A DNA stretch of 59,993 nt from a virus (IMGVR_UViG_3300044630_000957:1-59993), one strand, 5' to 3'; positions 35,124 to 44,685 are shown, counted from the stretch's first letter. Numbers and translations: made by a program. The notes: generated from the letters alone by a model not told the origin.

Positions 35124-35390
35124 ATGACCATCACCGAGGACACACCCGAAGGTGGCCCAGAGGAGCTTCAGTGGAAGATCGACCGGCTGATCGAGCAGGT
35201 CGAGCGGCACGCCGCCGAGCTGACACGCGTGACCGGCATCAAGAACGGTCTGGCAAAGGAAGTTGACGAGCTGGACAGGCGCTTCGACACCCTGACCTCG
35301 CGCCTGACCGTCGGCGTCCTGCGCAAGGCTGGCTACACCGTCAAGATCGAGGAGGCCGAGTTCTGCGAAGCCTGCGGCGAGGAATTTTAA
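35124..35390 (+). CDS. Coiled-coil protein with C-terminal CxxC
   Basis: GGAG RBS; 88 aa. Confidence 0.75.
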   Translation: MTITEDTPEGGPEELQWKIDRLIEQVERHAAELTRVTGIKNGLAKEVDELDRRFDTLTSRLTVGVLRKAGYTVKIEEAEFCEACGEEF

Positions 35391-35401
35391 GGAGCAGCGT
35401 G

Positions 35402-36256
35402 ATGGCTAAAACCTTCCCTTCAGACATAACACCCGGACACCTTTTGACTAATTTTATAGATACTTTGAAAAGGACGTCCGGGATATCCCGACGTGACTTT
35501 AAAGCGCTACGTAGCCGTATAGATATGGCCGCAACGCGAGGGGTTAAGTTTATAGCCCCCGATGCCCCTGAAATTGACAAAAGCAAACATATGGAAATGG
35601 AAGACTTCCGCCCACCTTACCCAGTCACTGTATGGGAAGGTGAGCTGTTTGACCACGGTGGTGTTGGGCTGATCGTAATCGCGCGTGACGCTGGCAATAG
35701 TGTGGAACTTAATTTTGTCACAACAACCAGTGAGGCTATGCGAGCCTTTACCGACCAAAACGGTATCGACGGCGTAGGTCAGTGGATTATCTCTCCATTG
35801 ACGTGTCGCATCCCGTACAGCGGCCATTTTACCACCCTTGCCGACGCCGGAAAGATGGAGGTGCTAATGCCTGATCGCATGGGCCGCGCCGAGGTTGAAA
35901 ACAGTTTCGAAACGTACTGGCCTTACGTCTACTTCTATACAGCCGTCTGCCAGATCTTGACAAACCACAACGTCACCACGGAGGACATCGAGCCCGACGC
36001 TAAGGCGGCGCGGTCACGCCGCATCAGGGGCAAGGCCCCTCTGTACACGTACAAGACGCTGACCATCGGCGCGCCTAAGAAGCGGCAGGTCGTCAGAGGC
36101 GGCGGCACGCACGCATCGCCGCGATCGCACCTGCGCCGTGGCTTCTACCGCACCAGCCCGAAGGGCGTGCGGCACTGGGTCAACGCGACGATGGTCATGG
36201 GTGAGACACCCGGCCTCGTCCACAAGGATTATCAAGTAGAAGGAGGACTGAAATGA
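35402..36256 (+). CDS. Phage protein with basic C-terminal SPRSHLRRG...HWV motif
   Basis: AAGGAG RBS; the C-terminal motif resembles ones I recall from phage early proteins; function unknown. Confidence 0.8.
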   Translation: MAKTFPSDITPGHLLTNFIDTLKRTSGISRRDFKALRSRIDMAATRGVKFIAPDAPEIDKSKHMEMEDFRPPYPVTVWEGELFDHGGVGLIVIARDAGNSVELNFVTTTSEAMRAFTDQNGIDGVGQWIISPLTCRIPYSGHFTTLADAGKMEVLMPDRMGRAEVENSFETYWPYVYFYTAVCQILTNHNVTTEDIEPDAKAARSRRIRGKAPLYTYKTLTIGAPKKRQVVRGGGTHASPRSHLRRGFYRTSPKGVRHWVNATMVMGETPGLVHKDYQVEGGLK

Positions 36257-36447
36257 AGAAATGGTTAGCACGCAAACTCTTTGATATAGCCATCTGGCTC
36301 GACTGGGATGAGGCTGTCATAGTCTCTGAGGCTATGTCGGTTACTCGGTTCAAGATCGCACTGGATGCGCTGACAGCACCGCGCAAGCCGGGCCGCCCAC
36401 TGGGCAGCAAGGACAAGAAACCGCGCAAGCGTCAGGTGAAGCCATGA
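36253..36447 (+). CDS. Small protein with AT-hook-like tail
   Basis: GGAGG RBS; RKPGRPLGSKDKKPRKR. Confidence 0.75.
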   Translation: MKKWLARKLFDIAIWLDWDEAVIVSEAMSVTRFKIALDALTAPRKPGRPLGSKDKKPRKRQVKP

Positions 36448-36569
36448 GCGAGCGCGCGCTGTTCTTTTTCATCATGGGCGTCGGCCTACTGACGACCTAC
36501 CTCATGTTGACCGCCCCTGAGCTCACCGCACAGGATCGAAAAGAGATGGAGGAAGACTGGTGGGACTGA
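36444..36569 (+). CDS. Small membrane peptide (41 aa), not in the ORF track
   Basis: ATGA coupling; MSERALFFFIMGVGLLTTYLMLTAPELTAQDRKEMEEDWWD. Confidence 0.65.
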   Translation: MSERALFFFIMGVGLLTTYLMLTAPELTAQDRKEMEEDWWD

Positions 36570-36634
36570 TACGACGCATCATCGACTGGGCGATCGCCCG
36601 CATGTTCAAAGACCAAAAGGATTGGGAGCAATGA
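36560..36634 (+). CDS. Micropeptide (24 aa), not in the ORF track
   Basis: GGAGG RBS then GTG; MGLIRRIIDWAIARMFKDQKDWEQ; stop overlaps the next ATG. Confidence 0.5.
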   Translation: MGLIRRIIDWAIARMFKDQKDWEQ

Positions 36635-36852
36635 TTAAACCAGACCTTATCTGCCGGGACAACATTCTGATGCCCTCGCAGCTTCAGTTCGTACAGCCAG
36701 AGACCGGCGCGATCGTCGCAACGGTCAACGCCGGAACGGAAGAAGGCAAGTACACGGTGGCCGCCATGTTTATCGGCTACGAGAAGGTGGGCTACAAGAT
36801 TAAGGACGAGACGCACCTTGTGACCAACGATCTTAAAGGAGAAGTAATATGA
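36631..36852 (+). CDS. Hypothetical protein (73 aa)
   Basis: GGAG RBS; coupled on both sides. Confidence 0.7.
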   Translation: MIKPDLICRDNILMPSQLQFVQPETGAIVATVNAGTEEGKYTVAAMFIGYEKVGYKIKDETHLVTNDLKGEVI

Positions 36853-37052
36853 TTACCGCAGAAGACGCAATGAGGCAGGCCCACATGACAGCCAGCCTGT
36901 ACGCATACGAGGCATCAGTAGCCTTCGAGAAGATCTTCGGCTTTCCGGCAGAGGACGAACCCCAAGCCGCCGCCATCTTCATCGGCCAGTACATGCGTAC
37001 CGCAGCTCACGACTTCGATGTCGCCATGCGGGAGCGCGGCGAATGCCCATAG
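36849..37052 (+). CDS. Hypothetical protein (67 aa)
   Basis: AAAGGAGA RBS. Confidence 0.75.
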   Translation: MITAEDAMRQAHMTASLYAYEASVAFEKIFGFPAEDEPQAAAIFIGQYMRTAAHDFDVAMRERGECP

Positions 37053-37213
37053 TAAGACGATCCGCAATGACGTGGACGCCGGAGAAGGATGCCGAGCTGC
37101 TGGCTTATTACGAGCATGGCTTGAGGCCAGCCTACATGGCGGAGCGAATGGGGCTGACGGTTGCTTCCGTAGAGGGCCGCTATCACAAACTAAAGAGGGC
37201 ACGAAAGACATGA
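37043..37213 (+). CDS. GcrA-like HTH-only protein (56 aa), not in the ORF track
   Basis: MTWTPEKDAELLAYYEHGLRPAYMAERMGLTVASVEGRYHKL follows the GcrA N-terminal pattern WT.E....L..L...GL....IA..LG.T...V.G...RL. Confidence 0.7.
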   Translation: MPIVRRSAMTWTPEKDAELLAYYEHGLRPAYMAERMGLTVASVEGRYHKLKRARKT

Positions 37214-37743
37214 GCAGCAGAAACCTACCACACCACCTGTATGTCTATGTGGACAGCTCGTTCATACGCAAGGACGGCAAAGGCTTCGAGCCTGCCGTCT
37301 GGTTCGCGCTGCGCTCCACGCCGAACCGCGCGTGGGGCTGCCACGTCATGCTTGAGTGCGGCGCGGTCTACCGCAACGTCCCGCCGCATGCGATAGCGTT
37401 CAGCAACAGCCCAGACTATTACTGGACACTGCCACAGGCGCAGGTCTGGGACTGCTACGGCACCGAGTTCGATGTCATACGTTACGACTATCTGGCCGAC
37501 CTAGAGGCCCGCTACGATGGCGGCGATGATAAGGCGACGTGCCTGTTCACCGCATGCCCGCACAGCGATGGCTTCAGCGCGGCACCAGAGCAGAGCAAGG
37601 AGTTCATGTTCATGCGGACGACAGGCGATCGGCTGCTGATCAGGCCGACCAACATGCTGTTGTTCAAAGAGCGCAGCTTCACCGTCGACACAGGCTGGCC
37701 GACTGATATCAAGACCACAACCCAAGTCTGGAATTGCGAATGA
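37210..37743 (+). CDS. Hypothetical phage protein (177 aa)
   Basis: ATG at 37210; HVMLECGAVYRNVP and QVWDCYG segments; the track extension to 37018 overlaps real genes. Confidence 0.75.
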   Translation: MSSRNLPHHLYVYVDSSFIRKDGKGFEPAVWFALRSTPNRAWGCHVMLECGAVYRNVPPHAIAFSNSPDYYWTLPQAQVWDCYGTEFDVIRYDYLADLEARYDGGDDKATCLFTACPHSDGFSAAPEQSKEFMFMRTTGDRLLIRPTNMLLFKERSFTVDTGWPTDIKTTTQVWNCE

Positions 37744-37862
37744 GCCGCCCGATAGGCACCATCGCCGTCCGCAAGAGCGGGAAACAGTACGGCATCCGAA
37801 AGGGTCGAGCCTACAAAACTCGCGTTATTAACGGCGTCCCGTTCATCACAAGAATATTATGA
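37740..37862 (+). CDS. Small basic peptide (40 aa), not in the ORF track
   Basis: ATGA coupling; MSRPIGTIAVRKSGKQYGIRKGRAYKTRVINGVPFITRIL. Confidence 0.55.
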   Translation: MSRPIGTIAVRKSGKQYGIRKGRAYKTRVINGVPFITRIL

Positions 37863-37882
37863 ACGAAATGTTTCGATAGCTA

Positions 37883-37933
37883 TTGCAATGCCTGATTGCA
37901 TCGACTAGGGATTGTTTATCAGCAACACGGAGA
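37883..37933 (+). promoter_or_regulatory. Early promoter P2 with operator and leader
   Basis: TTGCAA-N17-TAGGGA; TGCAAT-GCCTG-ATTGCA; ATCAGCAACACGGAG. Confidence 0.85.
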
Positions 37934-37939
37934 CACCAA

Positions 37940-38254
37940 ATGGAAAACCCCGACTACACCGAACGCCAGATCAACGAAGCCCTCAAGGCGCACACGCAGC
38001 TCGACATCACCGTCATGTGGGACGGCTACGAGCCAGAGCGCGGCGGGACGGCGGACTTCGAAGTCTACCTCGACGGCGACACGACCGATCTGGTGGTCTG
38101 GGACCACGGGACTTCTTTTGACATCTACGCACGCACAGGCGAGCGCCACTACACCTCAAAGGGTTGGGCTGGTAACTACAAAAAGCTGGCCGCCAACCTC
38201 ACCAACATCATTCAAGAGGCGATCATCGCCGGAGAAATGGGAGAGTACGCATGA
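37940..38254 (+). CDS. Hypothetical protein (104 aa)
   Basis: ATG at 37940 after GGAG; first gene after P2. Confidence 0.8.
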   Translation: MENPDYTERQINEALKAHTQLDITVMWDGYEPERGGTADFEVYLDGDTTDLVVWDHGTSFDIYARTGERHYTSKGWAGNYKKLAANLTNIIQEAIIAGEMGEYA

Positions 38255-38481
38255 ACATCATTTGGCCATGGGCCGCCCGCAAGGTGATTGACGCCTACAA
38301 GTTAGACGCCGACCGTCTGGACGCCATGAACTCTCGGCTTGAGAAAAAGCTGAAAGAGAGCGAGTTGCATCAGCGCATACTGCGCACCGAGCTTGAGCGT
38401 CTGCAAGATCTGCTCAAGAAAGCCCACTTCCGCAATCCGAAGACAGGCCGTATTGGTCGCAAGGGGGAGCGGTTCAAATGA
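38251..38481 (+). CDS. Coiled-coil protein
   Basis: ATGA coupling; C-terminal RNPKTGR. Confidence 0.75.
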   Translation: MNIIWPWAARKVIDAYKLDADRLDAMNSRLEKKLKESELHQRILRTELERLQDLLKKAHFRNPKTGRIGRKGERFK

Positions 38482-38669
38482 TACGGGATCTCAAAACCAT
38501 CCACGCCGAGGCCCGCAAGGTCTTCAACAAGCGCGACAAGCTCGAAGCCGAGCTGCGCGCCCTCAACAACCAGATTAACCAGCTCAAGGCCGAGCACATG
38601 GTCATCACCCGCGTCTGGGGCCTCCGTGAGGAAAGTTTCAGGCAAGAGACAACGAAAGTAGCCGCATGA
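38478..38669 (+). CDS. Small coiled-coil protein
   Basis: GGAG RBS; coupled. Confidence 0.75.
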   Translation: MIRDLKTIHAEARKVFNKRDKLEAELRALNNQINQLKAEHMVITRVWGLREESFRQETTKVAA

Positions 38670-38914
38670 CCACCAAAGAAGAACGTATCGCCGCCATTGA
38701 TCTCGCCATCGAGCGAGGCGGCGGCATCGTCAAGTTTTGCAAGCGCATGGGCGTGAGCCATCAGGCCGTCTATGCGTGGAAAAGTCGCGGCTGGGCACCC
38801 GTGGAGAAGGCCATCATCTTGGAGGCCGTCTTTGCTATCCCTCGATCGGACCTCATGAACCCTGACCTCATGCGCGCCCTGAACACGCCGAGCGCAAGCG
38901 CAGATCTACTATGA
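38666..38914 (+). CDS. Cro/YdaS-like HTH transcriptional regulator
   Basis: AIERGGGIVKFCKRMGVSHQAVYAW...IPRSDLMNPD. Confidence 0.85.
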   Translation: MTTKEERIAAIDLAIERGGGIVKFCKRMGVSHQAVYAWKSRGWAPVEKAIILEAVFAIPRSDLMNPDLMRALNTPSASADLL

Positions 38915-40068
38915 GGTACGGTTCCGTTTGCAGCGGCATTGAGGCCGCGACTGCCGCATGGCATCACATGGGCTGGGAAGCAGCTTTCTTTTCCGAGATT
39001 GAAAAGTTCCCCTGCGCCGTACTTCAACACCATTATCCCGACGTGCCATTGCACGGCGATTTCACAACGATAGAGAAAAACCAATATGGAAAGATCGACC
39101 TCCTCGTCGGCGGCACACCCTGCCAGTCATTCAGCGTCGCAGGATTGCGAGGCGGTCTGGACGACGACCGTGGTAACCTTGCGCTCGAATTTTGCCGACT
39201 TGCTCAAAGAGAGCAACCTCGCTGGATTGTCTGGGAAAATGTCCCCGGTGTCCTGTCATCGAACGGAGGACGGGACTTTGGTTCCATCCTCGGGGCGTTG
39301 GAAGACCTCGGGTATGGTCTCGCGTACCGAGTGCTTGACGCTCAGTACTTCGGAGTGGCCCAGCGCCGTCGTCGTGTGTTCGTTGTCGGATACCTTGGAG
39401 ACTGGCGACCTGCCGCAGCGGTTCTCCTTGAGCGCCACAGCATGTCAGGGCATCCTGCGCCGAGCCGACAGGCGCGGCAAGAAGCTGCCGGAGCGGCTTC
39501 AACAGGCACTGGAAGCAGTGGCGGCGACGGAGGGGCACGACCTGATTTAGCCGGACCGCTGACGGCTGGTATGCACAAGGGGCCACGCGGCACTGAGGCT
39601 GTGGAGAGCGGCCACGTTGTCGCGATTGACGCAGCACACGCGTTCAAAGTCAGGGGCGGCTGCGAGGGCGGCGGCAAGGGCTATCTGGGTTCCGATGAGG
39701 TGGCCTTCACGATAAGCACCCATCAGGATCAGCATATATTCTCTGGGACACACGTTGCAGCATTCCAGTCCAGCCAATCGGGCGTTCGGGTAGGCGAGAC
39801 ACATGCCACACTGGACGCTAACAACGGCCCCCGTAGGCACAATGGTGCGTTGATTGGGGCCACTGTCCGCCGCCTGACACCTGTAGAGTGCGAACGGCTG
39901 CAAGGCTTCCCCGACAACTTCACCGCCATCCCGTGGCGCAAGAAGGGAGCGGAGGATTGCCCAGACGGCCCACGCTACAAGGTGCTGGGCAACAGCATGG
40001 CCGTCCCGGTGATGCGCTGGATTGGTGAGCGTATAAACACCGTTGATGACCTAATTTCAGTTTTATGA
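38911..40068 (+). CDS. DNA (cytosine-5)-methyltransferase
   Basis: SVCSGIEA motif I, GGTPCQSFS motif IV, ENVPG motif VI, QRRRR motif VIII, RLQGFPD and GNSM motifs IX-X. Confidence 0.95.
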   Translation: MRYGSVCSGIEAATAAWHHMGWEAAFFSEIEKFPCAVLQHHYPDVPLHGDFTTIEKNQYGKIDLLVGGTPCQSFSVAGLRGGLDDDRGNLALEFCRLAQREQPRWIVWENVPGVLSSNGGRDFGSILGALEDLGYGLAYRVLDAQYFGVAQRRRRVFVVGYLGDWRPAAAVLLERHSMSGHPAPSRQARQEAAGAASTGTGSSGGDGGARPDLAGPLTAGMHKGPRGTEAVESGHVVAIDAAHAFKVRGGCEGGGKGYLGSDEVAFTISTHQDQHIFSGTHVAAFQSSQSGVRVGETHATLDANNGPRRHNGALIGATVRRLTPVECERLQGFPDNFTAIPWRKKGAEDCPDGPRYKVLGNSMAVPVMRWIGERINTVDDLISVL

Positions 40069-42134
40069 GCGAGGACGACGACATGGCAAGCGTAAGGGCT
40101 ATTGCGCCCAAATTGCTTTCGCTGGAAGTGCCAGAGGAACTGCGTTCAGTTCCCGCGTGGCTCATCTGGCGCTTTGAGAAATACAACAGTGAACCAAAGC
40201 CACGCAAGGTGCCCTACTGGACCGACGGCACCATCCGTCACGGCCAGCAAGGCTCGCCGACCGATCGCACGCGGCTGACGACCTTCGCCGCAGCGCGCGA
40301 CGCCGCAGCGCGCATGGGCTATGACGGCGTCGGCTTCGCGCCGCTGCCTGATTTCGGCTACACCTTCCTCGACTTCGACCACTGCGTCGGGCCGAACGGC
40401 GAGATCCCGAACGACATCGAGCGCATCATTGTGCGTACCTATGCCGAGTACAGCCCCAGCGGCAAAGGCATCCGCGCCGCGCTGAAGGGCAATCTGGGCA
40501 ACCACAAGAGCCACGCCACGCCCGATCGCTTCGGCTTCGAGACGTTCAGCAGCTCAGGCTTCGTGACCTTCACCGGCAACATCCTGCCCGCCTGCGAGAT
40601 GATTGGCCTCCAGAACACAGTGGCTGACGTCGACCCGTACACGATCGACATGTGCGAGAAGCGCTTCGGCTCAGTGCAGAACAACATCGTCGACCCCGAC
40701 GACTTCATGGCAGGCCGCGAGCCACGGCTGGGCCTGACCATTGGGCGCATTGAAGAACTGTTGGCCGCCCTCGATCCCGACATGGGCCGCGAGCAGTGGA
40801 TCAAGACCGGCATGGCCGTGGCCCATGAGACTGACGGCGGCGACGACGGCTTTGATCTGTGGGACGACTGGTCGAGCAATGGCTACACTTACCCCGGCAC
40901 TGAAGGCCTGCGCGTCCAGTGGGACAGCTTCGAGCGGCGCAAGGGATCGAACCGCAAGCAGGTCACCATGGCCTCGGTCATCAAGATGGTGAAGGATGCC
41001 GCAGCAACGCGCCCCAGTAAGGCGGCGAGCGCCCAAGAGGTGTCGGCCAAGGCCGATGCGCTCGTCGCAGAGCTAGGGGCTTCAGAGGGCGTGTATTCGC
41101 CTGCGGGCTACACTGGCAAGTTCCCTGTCCTGTCTGCCGATGAGATGACCAAGCAGAAGACGGCTAAGTGGCTCATCAAGGGCGTGCTGCCTGCCGCCGA
41201 CATCGTCACGATCTTCGGCGCGTCAGGCTCAGGCAAGAGCTTTGTCGTGCTTGAGATGGCGGCCTGCATCGCACTGGGCGTGCCGTGGCGCGGCCACAAG
41301 GCCGAGAAGGGCCGCGTCATCATCATCGCGGCGGAAGGCGCAGGCAGTTACGGCAAGCGTATTAAGGCGCTGGCGCAGTATCTAGGCATCTCGCCCAAGG
41401 ATCTGGACATTGGCGTGATCGTCGTGCCGCCGAACCTCATGGAGGAGGGCGACGTGACCGAGCTCGCCGCGTCGATCAAGGCGGTCGGCGACGTGTCGCT
41501 GATCATCATCGACACCTTTGCGCAGGTGACGCCGGGCGCGAACGAGAACGGCGCGGAGGACATGGGCCTCGCCCTGTCCAACGTGCGTGTGCTGGGCGAT
41601 GCCACAGGCGCGACGGTCGAGCTTGTACACCACGCAGGCAAGGACGCGCACCGAGGCTCACGCGGCTGGTCAGGCATCCGTGCCGCCGTCGACGCCGAGC
41701 TGGAAGTGACGCGCGACGAGGACAGCGGCGCACGGCAGATCCGCACCACCAAGCAGAAGGATGGCGAGGACGGGCTGAAGTGGGGCTTCAAGTTGGAGAC
41801 GATCCTGCTGGGCCTCGACGAGGACGGTGACGACATCACGAGCTGCGTCGCGGTCGAGGACGAGCTGCGTTCGCCAGCCACTGGCGACAAGAAATCAGTG
41901 AAGCGTCGCGGGCGTGTTGAGACCCATATCCTTGAGGTCATGACCACCTTTGCAGAAGACGCAGTTGTTCGCGCAGAGGAGCTCATCCAGAAGGCTTGCG
42001 ATATGTTACCACCGCCAGAACAGGGCAAGCGCGACATCCGCCGTCAAACGGTTGTCAGGGCAATTCAACAACTTAGCAAGGAGAAGGACGGCCCGCTGCG
42101 CATGGAAAACGGCATTGTAATTTTTTACGAATAG
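40065..42134 (+). CDS. Primase-helicase (primase-polymerase N-terminus, PriCT-like domain, RepA/AAA_25 helicase)
   Basis: DFDH and EYSPSGKGIR primase motifs; W..WS helical domain; GASGSGKS, IIIDT, HHAGKD and RGWSG. Confidence 0.9.
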   Translation: MSEDDDMASVRAIAPKLLSLEVPEELRSVPAWLIWRFEKYNSEPKPRKVPYWTDGTIRHGQQGSPTDRTRLTTFAAARDAAARMGYDGVGFAPLPDFGYTFLDFDHCVGPNGEIPNDIERIIVRTYAEYSPSGKGIRAALKGNLGNHKSHATPDRFGFETFSSSGFVTFTGNILPACEMIGLQNTVADVDPYTIDMCEKRFGSVQNNIVDPDDFMAGREPRLGLTIGRIEELLAALDPDMGREQWIKTGMAVAHETDGGDDGFDLWDDWSSNGYTYPGTEGLRVQWDSFERRKGSNRKQVTMASVIKMVKDAAATRPSKAASAQEVSAKADALVAELGASEGVYSPAGYTGKFPVLSADEMTKQKTAKWLIKGVLPAADIVTIFGASGSGKSFVVLEMAACIALGVPWRGHKAEKGRVIIIAAEGAGSYGKRIKALAQYLGISPKDLDIGVIVVPPNLMEEGDVTELAASIKAVGDVSLIIIDTFAQVTPGANENGAEDMGLALSNVRVLGDATGATVELVHHAGKDAHRGSRGWSGIRAAVDAELEVTRDEDSGARQIRTTKQKDGEDGLKWGFKLETILLGLDEDGDDITSCVAVEDELRSPATGDKKSVKRRGRVETHILEVMTTFAEDAVVRAEELIQKACDMLPPPEQGKRDIRRQTVVRAIQQLSKEKDGPLRMENGIVIFYE

Positions 42135-42139
42135 GGGGG

Positions 42140-42194
42140 TTGCAATCCCAAATTGCATTCCCTATATAGCGTCTATCAGCAACGCAAATAGGAG
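42140..42194 (+). promoter_or_regulatory. Early promoter P3 with operator and leader
   Basis: TTGCAA-N17-TATATA; TGCAAT-CCCAA-ATTGCA; ATCAGCAACGCAAATAGGAG. Confidence 0.85.
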
Positions 42195-42202
42195 TACAAA
42201 AC

Positions 42203-42514
42203 ATGGCAACCGTAGCCGCAAATATTTCCAACATTTCCCCAGTCGACCGTCTGGGTGACATCAAGGCCGAGATCGCCCGCTTGAAGGACATCGAAGCCTT
42301 TCTTCTCGACGAGATCAAGGATCTTGGCGCGGGTGCCCATGAGGGCCACACCTTCCGCGCCACTGTGTCCGAGATTGCCGAGCGCTCGTCGCTTTGCCCC
42401 AAGGCAGCCGAAGCCAAGCTCCGCGAGCTGGGCGTCGACGGTCGCTGGTTCAGCAAGAACCAGAAGGTAACTAAGGGCTACACGACCGTTAAGGTCGTGG
42501 CGCGCAAGGCGTAA
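42203..42514 (+). CDS. Hypothetical protein (103 aa)
   Basis: AGGAG RBS; VDRLGDIKAEIARL; first gene after P3. Confidence 0.8.
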   Translation: MATVAANISNISPVDRLGDIKAEIARLKDIEAFLLDEIKDLGAGAHEGHTFRATVSEIAERSSLCPKAAEAKLRELGVDGRWFSKNQKVTKGYTTVKVVARKA

Positions 42515-42518
42515 TCCG

Positions 42519-42695
42519 ATGGAGAGCATCTTGGCCGCAGAATACACGTCGGGTACTAACAAGTACCCGCCGACCCTCTACATCAACCGGATCGCGAACG
42601 GACGTCGTTCGAGCGTGGCCGCATTCACAGTGTCAGGCAAGCGCGAGGCGCGCCAGCTTGCAAAGCAACAGGGAGCAGAACCATGGAACTTTTAG
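42519..42695 (+). CDS. Small protein (58 aa), not in the ORF track
   Basis: MESILAAEYTSGTNKYPPTLYINR...GKREARQLAKQQGAEPWNF; fills the gap. Confidence 0.65.
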   Translation: MESILAAEYTSGTNKYPPTLYINRIANGRRSSVAAFTVSGKREARQLAKQQGAEPWNF

Positions 42696-42976
42696 ACCGC
42701 AGCCGCTATCGCATGTGCGAGGACAGCAAACTTCTTGAAGAGGCGAAGTACAATCCCACCGCAGAGCTGGCCGTCGTGCTGGCCGAGCGTCTGGAGGAAG
42801 TGCAGTTCGAGTTTGACGAACAGCTCGAAGCCGCAAGGGAACGCGCCGCCGACTTTGAACGCGAAGCGAACAAGCTCGACGACGAGGTCTGCGAGTTGCA
42901 ACACAAAATCGACGTGCTTGAACTGATGCTTGCCACGCGTGATGAAACTATTGAACAACTGAAAAAAGGAAACTGA
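42683..42976 (+). CDS. Coiled-coil protein
   Basis: GGAG RBS; heptad pattern. Confidence 0.75.
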   Translation: MELLDRSRYRMCEDSKLLEEAKYNPTAELAVVLAERLEEVQFEFDEQLEAARERAADFEREANKLDDEVCELQHKIDVLELMLATRDETIEQLKKGN

Positions 42977-42979
42977 TAG

Positions 42980-43507
42980 ATGATTAAGATCGAAGTAACA
43001 GGCAACAGCATCCCCGAAGTGGCCGACAAGCTGTTGGCCATCGGTGCCAGCTTGCGTAGCGCGCCTACCGCATTTCAGCCCACCGAACCAGTCAATAGCA
43101 TAACCTCATCAAATATTGATCCAGTTATGCCTGAACTGCGGGAGGTAGCTAAAGCGGCACCCGTGGACCCTACGCTGAACCGGCCTACGTCCGACGCCTC
43201 GGTGACTTCGCCCGATACGTCGAGCGATACGCCGCGTTCGGTGGCCCCCAAGAGTGCCCCCGTTGCTACAGCTACCGAGAGCCAGCCGACGACGGAGGAA
43301 CCATCTTCTACCCCTGCCCCTGCGGCATCGGCCTCTGAGCTCGACTTCGAACTGGACGTTGCTCCAGTTGTACTTCGCGCCGTTGGCAGCAAGGGCAAGG
43401 CTTTCGTGCAGGACGTCCTGTCAGAGTTCGGCACCGAGCGAGCATCGCAGCTCGCCGTGTCCCTGTGGCCTGAGCTGATCGCCCGTCTGGAAGCGGAGAT
43501 GGCCTGA
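42980..43507 (+). CDS. Replication-module protein with Pro/Thr/Ala-rich linker
   Basis: Short N-domain, low-complexity linker and small helical C-domain, as usually found before DUF2800 genes. Confidence 0.75.
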   Translation: MIKIEVTGNSIPEVADKLLAIGASLRSAPTAFQPTEPVNSITSSNIDPVMPELREVAKAAPVDPTLNRPTSDASVTSPDTSSDTPRSVAPKSAPVATATESQPTTEEPSSTPAPAASASELDFELDVAPVVLRAVGSKGKAFVQDVLSEFGTERASQLAVSLWPELIARLEAEMA

Positions 43508-44685
43508 TGGCACACGCCAAACTTAGTCCGTCCGGCGCGCATCGCTGGATGGCCTGTTCAGGCAGTGTTGGCCTTGAGGCACCGTTCCCTGATAGCAGCA
43601 GCGTCTACGCCGCCGAGGGCACCGTGGCGCACGACGTCGCGGCGCAGTGTCTGATCGACGACAGAGATCCGGCATCGTTCATAGGCGACGTCATGGAGGT
43701 CGACGGTTTCACCTTTACGGTCGACAAGGCCATGGCTGACTATGTGGCCGACTACGTCAAGCTCGTTCGCGATCTGGCTAAGGGCAAGACGCTCTACGCC
43801 GAGAGCAAGGTGCCGATCGATCACCTGACAGGCGAAGAGGGAGCCACAGGCACCAGCGACGCCGTCATCATCGACGTTGCCGATCGCAACCTGTCGATCG
43901 TCGATCTGAAGTACGGCATGGGCGTTACCGTGGACGCCACAGATAACCCGCAGCTCATGATGTATGCGCTGGGCGCATTGGAGCTGTACGGCGTCCTGTG
44001 CGACTTCGACACGGTCAGCATGTACATCCACATGCCGCGCCTAAACTATGTGGCCGAGTGCCACATGCCGGTAAGTGAATTACTTACCTTCGCGGATCAA
44101 GTCCGTGAGGCGGCGTCAAGGATCGAGGAACCGACGTTTAACCCCGGCGAGAAGCAGTGCCGCTTCTGTAAGGCGAAGTCGACGTGCCCCGCCCTGCGGG
44201 CTGAGGTGACGGAGATTGTCGGCGGATCGGCCACGGTCGATGAGTTCCTGCCCGACGTGCCAGACATGCAGACAGGCGATAACTATCTGTCTATGGCCAT
44301 GGCGAAGGTCGGGCTGGTCGAAGACTGGTGCAAGGGCGTCCGCGCCGAGGTCGAGCGGCGCTTGCTGGCAGGGCAGACGGTCGACGGCTTTAAGCTCGTG
44401 GAGGGCCGCAAGGGCAACCGCAAGTGGTCGAATGAGGCCGAGGTCGAGGCCCTGCTCAAGTCTTTCCGCATGCGGCAGGACGAGATGTATGATATGAGCT
44501 TGATTTCCCCGACAAAGGCGGAGAAGATGTTCAAGAGTAACCCCAAGCGGTGGGAGAAGGTCGAAGCATTGACCACCCGCAGCGACGGTAAGCCATCTGT
44601 GGCATTTGCCTCGGATAAGCGGTCAGAGATGACCGTTCAATCGGTCGCGGACGATTTCCGTGACCTTCTTAAAACTGCAAACTGA
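43507..44685 (+). CDS. DUF2800 family Cas4-like PD-(D/E)xK nuclease
   Basis: HAKLSPSGAHRW..C, AAEGT.AH, GTSDA, IVDLKYG, NPQL..YALG and QCRFCKAK..C. Confidence 0.9.
   Translation: MAHAKLSPSGAHRWMACSGSVGLEAPFPDSSSVYAAEGTVAHDVAAQCLIDDRDPASFIGDVMEVDGFTFTVDKAMADYVADYVKLVRDLAKGKTLYAESKVPIDHLTGEEGATGTSDAVIIDVADRNLSIVDLKYGMGVTVDATDNPQLMMYALGALELYGVLCDFDTVSMYIHMPRLNYVAECHMPVSELLTFADQVREAASRIEEPTFNPGEKQCRFCKAKSTCPALRAEVTEIVGGSATVDEFLPDVPDMQTGDNYLSMAMAKVGLVEDWCKGVRAEVERRLLAGQTVDGFKLVEGRKGNRKWSNEAEVEALLKSFRMRQDEMYDMSLISPTKAEKMFKSNPKRWEKVEALTTRSDGKPSVAFASDKRSEMTVQSVADDFRDLLKTAN

Noticed and set aside
38911-40068. Restriction-modification system
   Set aside because: No cognate endonuclease is adjacent; orphan methyltransferases are common in phages. 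The target site cannot be read from the sequence by eye.
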